Assembly: GCA_963700985.1 (NCBI GenBank) | Contig: OY969554.1 | Span: forward strand, 1,184,001-1,248,000 | From: an uncultured Chlamydiales bacterium | GTDB taxonomy: Bacteria; Chlamydiota; Chlamydiia; Chlamydiales; Rhabdochlamydiaceae | Reading direction: 5' to 3' | Length of the DNA stretch: 64,000 nt | Part shown: positions 9,364 to 18,568 of the stretch, piece after piece | Position numbering within the stretch: position 1 is the first letter of the stretch | Layout: each line of letters opens with the position of its first letter | Position numbers and translations under genes: made by a program | The notes under the pieces: model-generated | Seen by the model: the letters and a program-made list of their open reading frames with translations, nothing else | Told to the model about the DNA's origin: nothing | Database searches by the model: none

Positions 9364-9873
9364 ATGAAAGCTACAACTATCGACAATCTTGATATGCGCA
9401 TCCATGAGCGCTACGCTCAGGATCAGCAGGCTCTCGATAAGACGTTTATTACTGAAGCACAGCTTCTTTCCCCAAGCTTCGAAAAAGTAGCCACCTCTTC
9501 GATTTACTCTTCTAAATGGGAAGAGCTGTTTGAGATGGGTGTGAAAAATTTGCCATGGGCGGCTTTCTCTCCTCCTCCATCTTATACACGTCAGCCTAAC
9601 CGTTTCTTTTCATACCGGATTCTTCCTTCTATCTTCGTTGAAGCAAGCGATGAGGATGGAGAGCATGATGCGCAAGAAGAAGATCAAGAAAAAGAAGAGA
9701 ATAAAAACGAGATCTTGAAGAAAGCGCTGAATGTCATAAAAGGAAAGAATGAAGATACTTTTCTCTTCGAGCGCGACAAATCCGCAGTCGTCACGCTCCT
9801 CCAGACCGTCCTCAACCTCAACCACATCCTCACCCAAATCAACTCCCGCAAACTCCAATATCAGAAGGGATAG
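9364..9873 (+). CDS. chlamydial DUF5399 (CT273-like) protein
   Basis: WAAFSPPPSY, acidic run, C-terminal INSRKLQYQKG recall the CT273 family; ATG 9364 has a ggaga RBS. Confidence 0.6.
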   Translation: MKATTIDNLDMRIHERYAQDQQALDKTFITEAQLLSPSFEKVATSSIYSSKWEELFEMGVKNLPWAAFSPPPSYTRQPNRFFSYRILPSIFVEASDEDGEHDAQEEDQEKEENKNEILKKALNVIKGKNEDTFLFERDKSAVVTLLQTVLNLNHILTQINSRKLQYQKG

Positions 9874-9914
9874 ATAAAGAAGATATATTGGGTACGTTTT
9901 TTCCTCCTGTTCTC

Positions 9915-10422
9915 TAGACATGTCGGATGGTGCGTCCCGAGGGCGCACCTCCCGCGACCACCTTGAGCCTCACCTCGCTTTGCCAAACCGCGTCCTCGAA
10001 GGCGGAGTGTACACAGTACAACTCCGCACGCCCTTACGGGCTCTTCTGCGGTGCGGTTTTGCTTTGCGATCTGAGGCCATGGGCTGCTCGAGCGCTCACT
10101 TCCCACACCTATCGGTGCGGGCCCCTCCTCGCGTCATCTTGCAGTACCAATTTAAGAAAGCAAGATCTGTTCGTAATGCTTAGAACAGTTCTGCGAAAGG
10201 ACGTGGAAGGGGCCCCAAGCGAAGCTAATGGGGAAGGAAACGCTTTGAGCAGCCCGACGACTCAGATCGCAAAGTAAAATCGCAGCGCAGGAAAGCCGAT
10301 AGGCGGCGGGACAGTGCACTGCACGGACCGCTTCCGAGCACGCGATTTGACGAAGCGAGATGAGGCGCAAGAGAGGCAGCGGGAGACGCGGACACACTAG
10401 TGCCGTGTCTCCGACATGTCTA
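9915..10422. repeat. 508-bp imperfect fold-back palindrome (MITE-like element or structured RNA)
   Basis: 13-bp terminal IR TAGACATGTCGGA/TCCGACATGTCTA; the two arms are complementary along most of their length, with side hairpins. Confidence 0.85.
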
Positions 10423-10472
10423 AATTTAACTAAAAAGAAGCTATCTTCTCCATACATCTATCTCCCAAAAAC

Positions 10473-11603
10473 TTATGCACTTTTGGAGTGAGGGGCCATG
10501 AGGATGTAGGATTCGAGCTCGTTGAGGCTGAGGGGGAAGTTTTTGTGGCCAAAGCCGATGCGCACGTGGCGCTTGCCGTATTCGTAGCAGGCACTGGGCA
10601 CGAGCAGCGCTTTAGTCTTTTCCATGAGATCTGCACAAAAATTCACCGCATCAGCTCTTTTTTTCAGGTGGAGCAGCGCCACACATCCCGCTTGAGGCAT
10701 TTTGCAGTCGAAAAGATCGTGGTACTTCTTTACGAAGTCATGCAACAGCTCTGCGTTGCTACGAACAAGCGCTAAGTTATGTTTGAGAATCTTCTCTCCA
10801 TGTCGAAGTGCAAGTTCTGCGAGAAACTCCGAGGTGCTGCTGCCTGCAACAGTTGTGTAATCTTTAAGTGCCAAGATCTCATGCAGAAGGATCTTTTCTT
10901 TGGTGGCAAGCCACCCTAAGCGCAATCCAGGCAGACCATAAGCTTTCGACATCGAGCCCATGGAGATTCCCTTCTCATAGATATCACAAAACTTAGGCAA
11001 ACGCTCTTGGGGCTCATGTTCTAAACCTGAATAGGTCTCATCGCAAAAGACCAGCAGGCCATTTTCGCGTGCGATTTCTACAATATCAAAGAGCTTCTTA
11101 GAAGGAAGCAAGTAGCCCGTAGGATGCGCAGGCGAGCTCATGATAAGCAAGCGCGTATTTTTGTTGATCAGCTGCTTGAGTTCTGCCGGATCCGTTTCCC
11201 AATCTTTATCTTCTTTAGATTCCCAAAAAGTCACGTCGCATCCGAGCGAGCGTGGAATTTCATAATACGGCTGGAAGCAAGGGGTCTGGACAATTATATG
11301 ATCCCCTTTTTTTAAGGCTGTCATCAAGAAGAGAAAAATCGCTTCTTCTGAACCTGTTGTAACTAGCACTTGATCGGGGTTAATCTGTGTGTATTCTTTA
11401 GAGATCGTCTTACGCAAAGCTTCTCCACCTTTAGGGGGAACGTAGCCCAGCTTAAGCTCTTTAAATTGCTTCTCCGCGCTCTTTTCATATCCTAATAATT
11501 CGCCAATTGAAAGAGGCTCGCAATCGGAGGTCGATAGCGAATAGGGCGAAGCGAATTCATACTGCTCAAAATATCTCAAGAGCTTGTAATGCGGAAAGTG
11601 CAT
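10473..11603 (-). CDS. PLP-dependent aminotransferase class I/II
   Basis: VTTGSEEAI, SPAHPTG, FCDETY, SMSKAYGLPGLRLGW, HVRIGFG; ATG 11603 preferred to 11669. Confidence 0.9.
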   Translation of the reverse strand: MHFPHYKLLRYFEQYEFASPYSLSTSDCEPLSIGELLGYEKSAEKQFKELKLGYVPPKGGEALRKTISKEYTQINPDQVLVTTGSEEAIFLFLMTALKKGDHIIVQTPCFQPYYEIPRSLGCDVTFWESKEDKDWETDPAELKQLINKNTRLLIMSSPAHPTGYLLPSKKLFDIVEIARENGLLVFCDETYSGLEHEPQERLPKFCDIYEKGISMGSMSKAYGLPGLRLGWLATKEKILLHEILALKDYTTVAGSSTSEFLAELALRHGEKILKHNLALVRSNAELLHDFVKKYHDLFDCKMPQAGCVALLHLKKRADAVNFCADLMEKTKALLVPSACYEYGKRHVRIGFGHKNFPLSLNELESYILMAPHSKSA

Positions 11604-11690
11604 AGGTATTCCAGGGTTATTTATTTGGTTCTTTAATCCCCTGTTACCAGAGCACAAATTAGTAAACAATAGAAGGTCTATTGGATTGAG

Positions 11691-11716
11691 AAAAAACCGC
11701 GACCGGAGTCGCGGTT
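11691..11716 (-). terminator. intrinsic terminator of porin gene
   Basis: aaccgcgactccggtcgcggtt hairpin plus T run on the minus strand. Confidence 0.75.
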
Positions 11717-11730
11717 AAGAAATAACAATC

Positions 11731-12939
11731 TTAGAAGTTGAAGTCAGCATGCAAGGTCAAACCTTGAAAGCTCAAATCTCCATGCGAAGGCACAACAGTG
11801 AGGATATCATCATCGGAGGCAGTTATCCCTGTTGCGACGTCTAAAATACGGCCATCATGGGAAAAGGCAAGTTCAAAGAGCTCGTTCTGCTGGAACCACT
11901 CTGAAAGTTCATAGCAAGCACGCAGTGCGATGTGATACTTGTCATTACACAGCCCTTTTTCCCACTGAAACCCAGCCGCCGTTTCGAGGTTAGCACGCAC
12001 ACGGTTGAAATCTCTTTTGACGGTGATATTTACTGGTGTGAGAGTTGTATGGATGTTTGGCCTGAATCCATTAAAACTCTCTTTTACATCAAATCTTCCA
12101 TAATTGAGCGACCCACCAACACGTCCAAAGAATCCCCAACTAGGAGTAAAGTGCCAGAGCAGGTCTGCGCCAGCTACTAACCCACCGCCTTTATACTCTA
12201 AATCGCCCTTGAACTTTGTATGAGCTTCTAAAAAGTCGATAGTAGGAGCGGCGACGGGCGAAAGGTTCAAGAATGTCCAAACGCCATTGTAATTTGCCTT
12301 ATAGTGCTGTTTGATCCACACGCCACGCACACCCATATGCGGACGCAAAGTGATGTTTCGGCTAATGAAGTAGTCTCGTCCTACTTCTAAATCCAATGTG
12401 TCGAAATTCAGCCTCCAGCGAGCTTCAGCAAAAGAAGCCGTTGGGCCGAGCGCTGCAAACCAGTGAGGAATAAGTTGATGCGATGGGACAGTAGTGACAT
12501 CGCCGGTTGGGAAAGTCGAGCCCGTTCTTCTTTGGTGAGCTTTATCATGAAAATAGGTCCAACCCAGTGTCACATCCCACTGATCGAAGTTTTCAAAGCG
12601 ATAACCCAGAGCCACGCGCGCTCCTGGCTTCCACTCGCCATGGATGTCTAAGTCTTTAGCCTTATAGGTAGTTGCATCAGACGAAACGCGAGCATTAGCC
12701 GCGTAAGCTAGATCATCTTCATCTGCACGCCAATAGAGAAACTCGGCTGCAATAAAAGGGCCATTTGCTCTGAGGTGTGAAGGGTTTTTTCCTCCCCAAG
12801 TGCCGCTGATGTTTTTCTGCGTGCTTTCATCTAGTTGAGTGCGCATATCATTTGAGCCACTGCCATCGGCAAAGAGCGAGCCAGTTAAAGCGATAAGAGT
12901 GGTGAGTGCAAATTTTCCAATTTTTGTACTACGTGACAT
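11731..12939 (-). CDS. Lpg1974-family / MOMP-like outer-membrane beta-barrel
   Basis: Signal peptide, AEFLYWRA, WKPGARVALGY, LDLEVGRDY, GDLSFQGLTL, terminal Phe. Confidence 0.8.
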   Translation of the reverse strand: MSRSTKIGKFALTTLIALTGSLFADGSGSNDMRTQLDESTQKNISGTWGGKNPSHLRANGPFIAAEFLYWRADEDDLAYAANARVSSDATTYKAKDLDIHGEWKPGARVALGYRFENFDQWDVTLGWTYFHDKAHQRRTGSTFPTGDVTTVPSHQLIPHWFAALGPTASFAEARWRLNFDTLDLEVGRDYFISRNITLRPHMGVRGVWIKQHYKANYNGVWTFLNLSPVAAPTIDFLEAHTKFKGDLEYKGGGLVAGADLLWHFTPSWGFFGRVGGSLNYGRFDVKESFNGFRPNIHTTLTPVNITVKRDFNRVRANLETAAGFQWEKGLCNDKYHIALRACYELSEWFQQNELFELAFSHDGRILDVATGITASDDDILTVVPSHGDLSFQGLTLHADFNF

Positions 12940-13082
12940 AGTTCTCCTTTTGGGTTAAAGAATTTCATGACGATACAAATTTATTGATTTGCGTGCAATT
13001 TTTTTGACGCCATTCTGAGAAATTACAATACGTTTTTGGATTGTGCGTGAAAGAAACACGCACATAAGGTTAAAAGAGAGTC

Positions 13083-13865
13083 ATGAATCTATCTCTTGGT
13101 ATTATCGGTGCAGCAGGCAAGATGGGAAAAACCCTTCTGCTCTGCTCTATGAAAGATCCTGAAGTTCAGGTTACGGCCGGATGCGACGCTTTTAACTCTC
13201 CTTACATGGGCAAAGATCTCGGCCAACTGATTGACGGAGAGCTGTTGGGCATAAACTTAAAAGGAAAGATCGACGAGATTGTAGATGCAGCCGATGTGCT
13301 CATCGATTTCTCTCTACCTGCTGCCACAGTTGAAAATGCACGCATCGCTGCTAAGCATCAAAAACCTCTGGTGATCGGCTCTACCGGCCATAGCGTGGAA
13401 ACACAACTTGAACTCGAATCTTTTGCTAAACAAATTCCCCTGCTCTTTTCCCCAAATTTCAGCCTTGGGATGGCTCTTTGCATCGAAGCTTGCGCTTTTT
13501 TCGGCAGGCATCTTAAAGGCTCTTGCTTTGTAGACATCATCGAAACACATCATACCCAGAAGAAAGACGCACCGAGCGGCACAGCACTTGCGCTTGCCAA
13601 AAGCCTCGATTTTGAGCGCATCTGTCCGGGAACACTCTTGGAGCAGCCCCGCAATCAAGAAACTGTGGCCATCCATTCGATCAGATCAGGCGATGTTCCT
13701 GGGGAACACCGCATTATTTTCGAGTGTCAAGGAGAACGGATTGAGATCAGACATGAAGCTCTTTCCCGAGATGCCTTTGCTAAAGGGGCAATTCGAGCAG
13801 CTAAATTTCTAGCTCACTGCTCACCTGGGCTTTACACCATGAAAGATCTACTACATGCATTCTAA
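13083..13865 (+). CDS. dapB: 4-hydroxy-tetrahydrodipicolinate reductase
   Basis: GAAGKMG, DVLIDFS, VIGSTG, SPNFSLG, ETHHTQKKDAPSGTA. Confidence 0.95.
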   Translation: MNLSLGIIGAAGKMGKTLLLCSMKDPEVQVTAGCDAFNSPYMGKDLGQLIDGELLGINLKGKIDEIVDAADVLIDFSLPAATVENARIAAKHQKPLVIGSTGHSVETQLELESFAKQIPLLFSPNFSLGMALCIEACAFFGRHLKGSCFVDIIETHHTQKKDAPSGTALALAKSLDFERICPGTLLEQPRNQETVAIHSIRSGDVPGEHRIIFECQGERIEIRHEALSRDAFAKGAIRAAKFLAHCSPGLYTMKDLLHAF

Positions 13866-14373
13866 GACCGTTTATCTCTCACTTGGCAGTAACCAAGGCG
13901 ATCGTATTTCTATTTTGCAAAGCGCATTAAAAGAGATCCAAGCGCTCCCCTCTATTGAGCATTTCAAAAGCTCGCGTTTTTATCAGACCTCGCCGGTCAG
14001 CCCTATTCCTCAAAATGATTTTATCAATGCAGCTTGCTCCTTCGCATGCAAGCTTTCATCCTCCGAGCTCTTCCAGCATTTGCAAAAGATCGAAAAAAAT
14101 CTTGGCAAGACTCCCAAAGCTAAGAATGCACCGCGCCTGATCGATATTGATATTCTGCTCTATGACGAGCAGTGGATCGATACCCCTGAGCTTAAAATCC
14201 CTCATCCTGGTTTAAAAAAACGTCTTTTTGTTTTAATCCCTCTGTCCGATCTCACTAAAAAACTTATGATCCCTCAGGCGAATGGCAATGTAGAGCAGCT
14301 TATCCTTAAAGATTATTTACTTAATTTCCCCAATCGTAATCAGGAAAAAATCTCTTTAGTAACAGACCTCTAA
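13855..14373 (+). CDS. folK: 2-amino-4-hydroxy-6-hydroxymethyldihydropteridine diphosphokinase
   Basis: YLSLGSNQGDR, FINAA, PRLIDIDIL, IPHP, RLFVLIPL. Confidence 0.95.
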   Translation: MHSKTVYLSLGSNQGDRISILQSALKEIQALPSIEHFKSSRFYQTSPVSPIPQNDFINAACSFACKLSSSELFQHLQKIEKNLGKTPKAKNAPRLIDIDILLYDEQWIDTPELKIPHPGLKKRLFVLIPLSDLTKKLMIPQANGNVEQLILKDYLLNFPNRNQEKISLVTDL

Positions 14374-14377
14374 AAGA

Positions 14378-14423
14378 AAATCATTTACAGGATGTGCAGG
14401 ATGAAGAAAAAGCTGCTTCCTGT
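14378..14423. repeat. CAGGAT-type short repeat
   Basis: aaatcatttacaggatgtgcaggat matches the reverse complement of 50281-50305. Confidence 0.6.
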
Positions 14424-14499
14424 TATTTATATCTCTTCTATGCCCTAAGCTAGCCTGCTCTTGAATAAAAGAGAGAAAAAGCTCATCCTGAATGACACT

Positions 14500-15342
14500 A
14501 TGAAACGCGTACCCGTAAAAAATTTCTTCATCGGCGATAAAGAGCCACTTGCTGTCATGTGCGGCCCCTGTGTAATTGAAGGGGAAGATGCTGCACTTTT
14601 TGCAGCTGAAAAGCTAAAAGAGATCTTCTCTGCTCTGCGCATCCCGCTCATTTACAAATCGAGCTACGATAAAGCCAACCGCTCTTCCCACGGCTCATTT
14701 CGCGGTCCGGGGCTGGAAGAGGGCCTGCGCATTTTAGAAAAAATCCAAAAAGAGTTTGATCTTCCCGTTCTAACTGATGTGCACTCTCCTGAAGATGCTA
14801 AGGCTGCAGGTTCCGTATGCGATATTATTCAGATTCCCGCTTTCCTCTGCCGCCAAACCGATCTGCTTACGGCCGCCGGTGCATCAGGCGCGGTCATCAA
14901 CGTCAAGAAGGGTCAATTTATGGCGCCCTGGGACATGAAAAACGCCGTTGAAAAAGTTCTAGCTACGAATAATGAGAAGATTATTCTCACCGATCGTGGC
15001 ACGACTTTTGGATACAACAATCTTGTCTCCGACATGCGTGCGATTCCCATCATGCAGAGTTTTGGCTTCCCCGTCTGTTTTGATGCTACGCACTCTGTGC
15101 AGCTCCCCGGCGGACATGGTCACTCCTCAGGCGGACAAAGAGAGTTCATTCCCATTTTAGCTAAAGCTGCCATTGCAGCCGGCTGCAACTGTCTATTCCT
15201 TGAAGCTCACCCAAATCCAGCGCTTGCTAAAAGCGATAAAGATTCGGTGGTGGCTTTTGCAGAGCTGCCTGCGCTTCTCGAACAGCTTCTGCGTATCTAC
15301 GAAGTCATCCACGGAACAACTGCATGCTCTTCCGTCGGGTAA
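14500..15342 (+). CDS. kdsA: 3-deoxy-8-phosphooctulonate synthase
   Basis: GPCVIE, KSSYDKANRSS, QIPAFLCRQTDL, NVKKGQF, FDATHSVQ; ATG 14500 preferred. Confidence 0.97.
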   Translation: MKRVPVKNFFIGDKEPLAVMCGPCVIEGEDAALFAAEKLKEIFSALRIPLIYKSSYDKANRSSHGSFRGPGLEEGLRILEKIQKEFDLPVLTDVHSPEDAKAAGSVCDIIQIPAFLCRQTDLLTAAGASGAVINVKKGQFMAPWDMKNAVEKVLATNNEKIILTDRGTTFGYNNLVSDMRAIPIMQSFGFPVCFDATHSVQLPGGHGHSSGGQREFIPILAKAAIAAGCNCLFLEAHPNPALAKSDKDSVVAFAELPALLEQLLRIYEVIHGTTACSSVG

Positions 15343-15944
15343 CCCTCTATACCTTCCTCTCTTTTGGCTTTTTAACGCTGCTCTGGGTTGGCCATATTAG
15401 CTACGTAAAAGAGACAGATATTCAAACCTATAAAAAGATGAAAAATAGGCATGAGATCGCCTCCACGCCTCAGGTTTTCACAGCCTCTACTCATCAGACA
15501 CGTCAAGGCGTCCGTAAGGATATCTGGTTTACACAAGAAGATAAAAACCGTTTGCACACACGCATCGAAAGCGCTTCTTCTCTGCTAACTATCCAACCAA
15601 AAGAACATAACTTCGAAGTCGTTGAAGAACTGCAGAAGATCCACTGCTGGATGCAAGATCGCATCTATGTGGGTGAAGGCGGCAAGCTGATGCAACAGAT
15701 GCGTTATATCGAAGCAGACAAAGGCACCTATCTCTATACAACCCAGCAGTTTTTAGCGCAGACCGTCATCCTCTCGCTCTTTCGTCTGCCCGGACACACT
15801 TTGCAGATCGATCAAGACCAATCAGCTGCATTTATCAGAGGAATTGCGCAAGATGTTTCTTTTTCTGTTTCCGGAAAATCCTCACAGTTCCAAGCTAAGA
15901 ACTTTAAAGCGCAATTTTCCAAAACCCCAGGTAGCAACTTATGA
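15324..15944 (+). CDS. probable LptC-like LPS export protein
   Basis: N-terminal TM anchor, beta-rich; occupies the lptC slot between kdsA and lptB. Confidence 0.5.
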   Translation: MLFRRVTLYTFLSFGFLTLLWVGHISYVKETDIQTYKKMKNRHEIASTPQVFTASTHQTRQGVRKDIWFTQEDKNRLHTRIESASSLLTIQPKEHNFEVVEELQKIHCWMQDRIYVGEGGKLMQQMRYIEADKGTYLYTTQQFLAQTVILSLFRLPGHTLQIDQDQSAAFIRGIAQDVSFSVSGKSSQFQAKNFKAQFSKTPGSNL

Positions 15945-17407
15945 AAAAGCGGATCTTAGCTCTTCTATTTGGCGTGAGCACTCTGTATGCCGCCACTCCC
16001 GAAACAGATTCGGCAGCCCTCTCTTCCTCCAACGCAACCTATGATGGAAACGCCTTGGTTCTAACAGGCCATGTCCTGCTTGATCATGGTTTAGGCAAGA
16101 TGGCGGCAGACGAAGCAAAACTTCAAAGGCAAGAAACAGGCAAAGATTTTCCTTTCTCATTGATTCAACTCGTCAAAAATGTCCAGCTGAGCATGAAGGG
16201 CGGCGCTCAAATTAACTGCGATGGAGCCGACCTAGACTTCACGAGCTTAAAAGGCCTTCTCTCTGCGGAAAATGGTGGCAAAGTTGTCTACACAGACAAC
16301 CTTAAAAAAGGCCTTTTTCGCTTACTGGGTAATAGCGTAGAGCTTAAAATCTCTAAACGTGAAGTCGATCAAAAAAAATCGGATTTTGAGATCGATACCA
16401 TCTTGGCCAAAGAAGATGTCAATATCGAGTTTGCAAAAGGCTTTTCATTACAAGCGCATCAAGCTCTCTATCGAAAAACACCTATTAAAGACGCTTCTTC
16501 AGAGGAATTTCAAGGCGCTGTCACAGCTTATCCAAAAGACGCAGAAAACCCATGTCGCCTGACTCATGGAGAGGATCTCATCGACGCAGAGTCGGTAGAT
16601 TTAGACCTTGTGCACTCCAAGCTCGCTCTCTTGCATCCAAAAGGCATGCTAACTTCGCGGCTTATGCCAGGCATGCAAAAAGGTGAGTTAAAATTCACCT
16701 GCGATCACCTGCTTTGGGATCATCTCAAAAATGCGCTTACGCTTAAAGGACACGTGAACGTGCTCGAGAGCGTCATCGGGAAGCTGACATCCGAAGGTGA
16801 GCTTGAGATTGTACACACGCAGCAAAAGCAAGGAAAACTGCTTAAGTCGATTAGCACAATTGGCACAACTTCGATGAGTTTTAAAGACGAAAACGGAACT
16901 GTCCACCATCTAAAAACACATGGACCATTTCTCTTCGATCGTAAACCGTTGCGTGCTACTTTTGAAAGCCCTAAGAAGAAAGGCGGTCTTGTTAGCCCAG
17001 AGAAGCAAATTTATTATGAGACCGAAGCCCTCTCTCTTTATGCGAACCAAGCGATCATAGAATATACCGCGGCTCAAGGGCATCTCAGACCCACAGCCTT
17101 ATCACTCAGTGGCAACGTCCGCCTCTTTTCTGTGGATGAGAAAAAACCGCGCTGTGCTCTGGCCGATCGCGTAAGCGTTTCTACCAATACCCGCACGCTT
17201 ATCTTAGCTGCGAATTCTGGTAAAAAAGTGCTCTTTGTGGATGATTCTCAATCTTTGCGCATCGCAGCCCAAGAGATTCACATTACGCGTGATGCAAAGA
17301 CGGGCGAAGAAAAAGTTCAAGGCGTAGGCAACGTACAGTTTTCACTCACAGATGAAGAAAACGGCCTGCTTAAAAAAGTTTTCCCTAACTATAAGAGCCC
17401 CACATGA
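15941..17407 (+). CDS. secreted beta-rich protein, probable elongated LptA/OstA-like
   Basis: Signal peptide; repeated LxLxGxV strands (LVLTGHV, LTLKGHV, LSLSGNV, GVGNV); lptA slot before lptB. Confidence 0.5.
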   Translation: MKKRILALLFGVSTLYAATPETDSAALSSSNATYDGNALVLTGHVLLDHGLGKMAADEAKLQRQETGKDFPFSLIQLVKNVQLSMKGGAQINCDGADLDFTSLKGLLSAENGGKVVYTDNLKKGLFRLLGNSVELKISKREVDQKKSDFEIDTILAKEDVNIEFAKGFSLQAHQALYRKTPIKDASSEEFQGAVTAYPKDAENPCRLTHGEDLIDAESVDLDLVHSKLALLHPKGMLTSRLMPGMQKGELKFTCDHLLWDHLKNALTLKGHVNVLESVIGKLTSEGELEIVHTQQKQGKLLKSISTIGTTSMSFKDENGTVHHLKTHGPFLFDRKPLRATFESPKKKGGLVSPEKQIYYETEALSLYANQAIIEYTAAQGHLRPTALSLSGNVRLFSVDEKKPRCALADRVSVSTNTRTLILAANSGKKVLFVDDSQSLRIAAQEIHITRDAKTGEEKVQGVGNVQFSLTDEENGLLKKVFPNYKSPT

Positions 17408-18135
17408 GTCACGACCCTATTCTTATCGCTGAAGAATTAGCTAAAAACTACGGGGATAAACCTGTGGTTAATGGTCTCTCTTTGTCGGTTGACAAAGGCG
17501 AAGTAGTTGGCCTTCTCGGACCCAATGGAGCTGGTAAAACCACAGCGTTTTATATGACCATTGGCCTTATTCGCCCAGATAAAGGACGCGTCTTTTTCAA
17601 AGGAAAAGAAGTGACTAACCTGCCTGTGCACGAGCGAGCGCATATGGGCATGGGCTATCTCGCCCAAGAACCTTCTATTTTCCGTCAGCTCACAGTTGAA
17701 GAGAACATTCTCTGCATTTTGGAGACCCTGCCCATTAGTGTTGAGGAGAGAAGACGCCGCTTAGACGAGCTGCTCTGTGAGCTTCATCTCGAAAAACTGA
17801 CCAAGAAAAGAGCCGCCACCCTCTCTGGAGGCGAACGCCGCCGTCTGGAGATCACGCGCGCGCTGGTTACTCAGCCCTCCCTGCTGCTCTTAGACGAGCC
17901 ATTTGCCAACATCGATCCCTTAGCGGTTAACGACGTGAAACAGATGATCCGCCACCTTAAAAACAAAGGCATCAGCGTGCTGATCACAGATCACAATGCC
18001 CGCGAGATCTTTTCTATCGTGGATAAAAGCTACCTCGTACGTGAGGGAAAGGTGCTGATGTCTGGCTCGGTCGATGAACTTTTAAATAGTAAAGAAGCCC
18101 GCTTGTCTTATTTTGGTGAAGACTTTAGATTGTGA
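17404..18135 (+). CDS. lptB: LPS export ABC transporter ATP-binding protein
   Basis: GPNGAGKTT, GYLAQEPSIF, LSGGERRRLEI, LDEPFA, ITDHN, YFGEDFRL. Confidence 0.95.
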   Translation: MSHDPILIAEELAKNYGDKPVVNGLSLSVDKGEVVGLLGPNGAGKTTAFYMTIGLIRPDKGRVFFKGKEVTNLPVHERAHMGMGYLAQEPSIFRQLTVEENILCILETLPISVEERRRRLDELLCELHLEKLTKKRAATLSGGERRRLEITRALVTQPSLLLLDEPFANIDPLAVNDVKQMIRHLKNKGISVLITDHNAREIFSIVDKSYLVREGKVLMSGSVDELLNSKEARLSYFGEDFRL

Positions 18136-18164
18136 TTTTATAGACCATCTAAAGGGAGAGCTCT

Positions 18165-18566
18165 ATGTCACCACGAAGCGCCGAAGAGATCGTTGCAGAT
18201 TATTACACAGGTCTTGAAGAAGCCATTCTAACTGGCAAACTCAATCCCCACAGAATGCATTTCGCTGATGATATCATCATCCATGGAGCTGAAGGCCGCA
18301 TTGAAGGCAAGGCTGCTGCCATGAAGCTGCTGGAAGAAAAGCTCATACCCGCTTTTACAAAGATTTCGATCAAACACAAGTTCGTCGACAAGAGTTCTGT
18401 CTGCACGATTGTAGATTGCCACGCCAAGCATAATCATCAGATCATTCCCGCCGCTGATTGGCATAGAGTCAAAAATGGTGTGATCTATGAAATGTATGTT
18501 TTCAGCGACTCTGCCAAATTAGTGCAGGCCTTTAACGCCGCTACTAAACTCAAAAAATCCGCTTAA
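18165..18566 (+). CDS. NTF2/SnoaL-like protein
   Basis: FADDIIIHG..GRIEGK, WHRVKNGVIYEMYVFSD pattern; ggagag RBS. Confidence 0.65.
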   Translation: MSPRSAEEIVADYYTGLEEAILTGKLNPHRMHFADDIIIHGAEGRIEGKAAAMKLLEEKLIPAFTKISIKHKFVDKSSVCTIVDCHAKHNHQIIPAADWHRVKNGVIYEMYVFSDSAKLVQAFNAATKLKKSA

Positions 18567-18568
18567 GT

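Noticed and set aside
9915-10422. tmRNA, RNase P RNA or group II intron identity
   Set aside because: I could not find tmRNA acceptor ends, the RNase P GAGGAAAGTCC motif or a group II domain V; the end-to-end fold-back fits none of them
9861-10457. Several overlapping short ORFs (9861, 9920, 9927, 10152)
   Set aside because: By-products of the GC-rich palindrome; Arg/Ala-rich, no recognisable motifs
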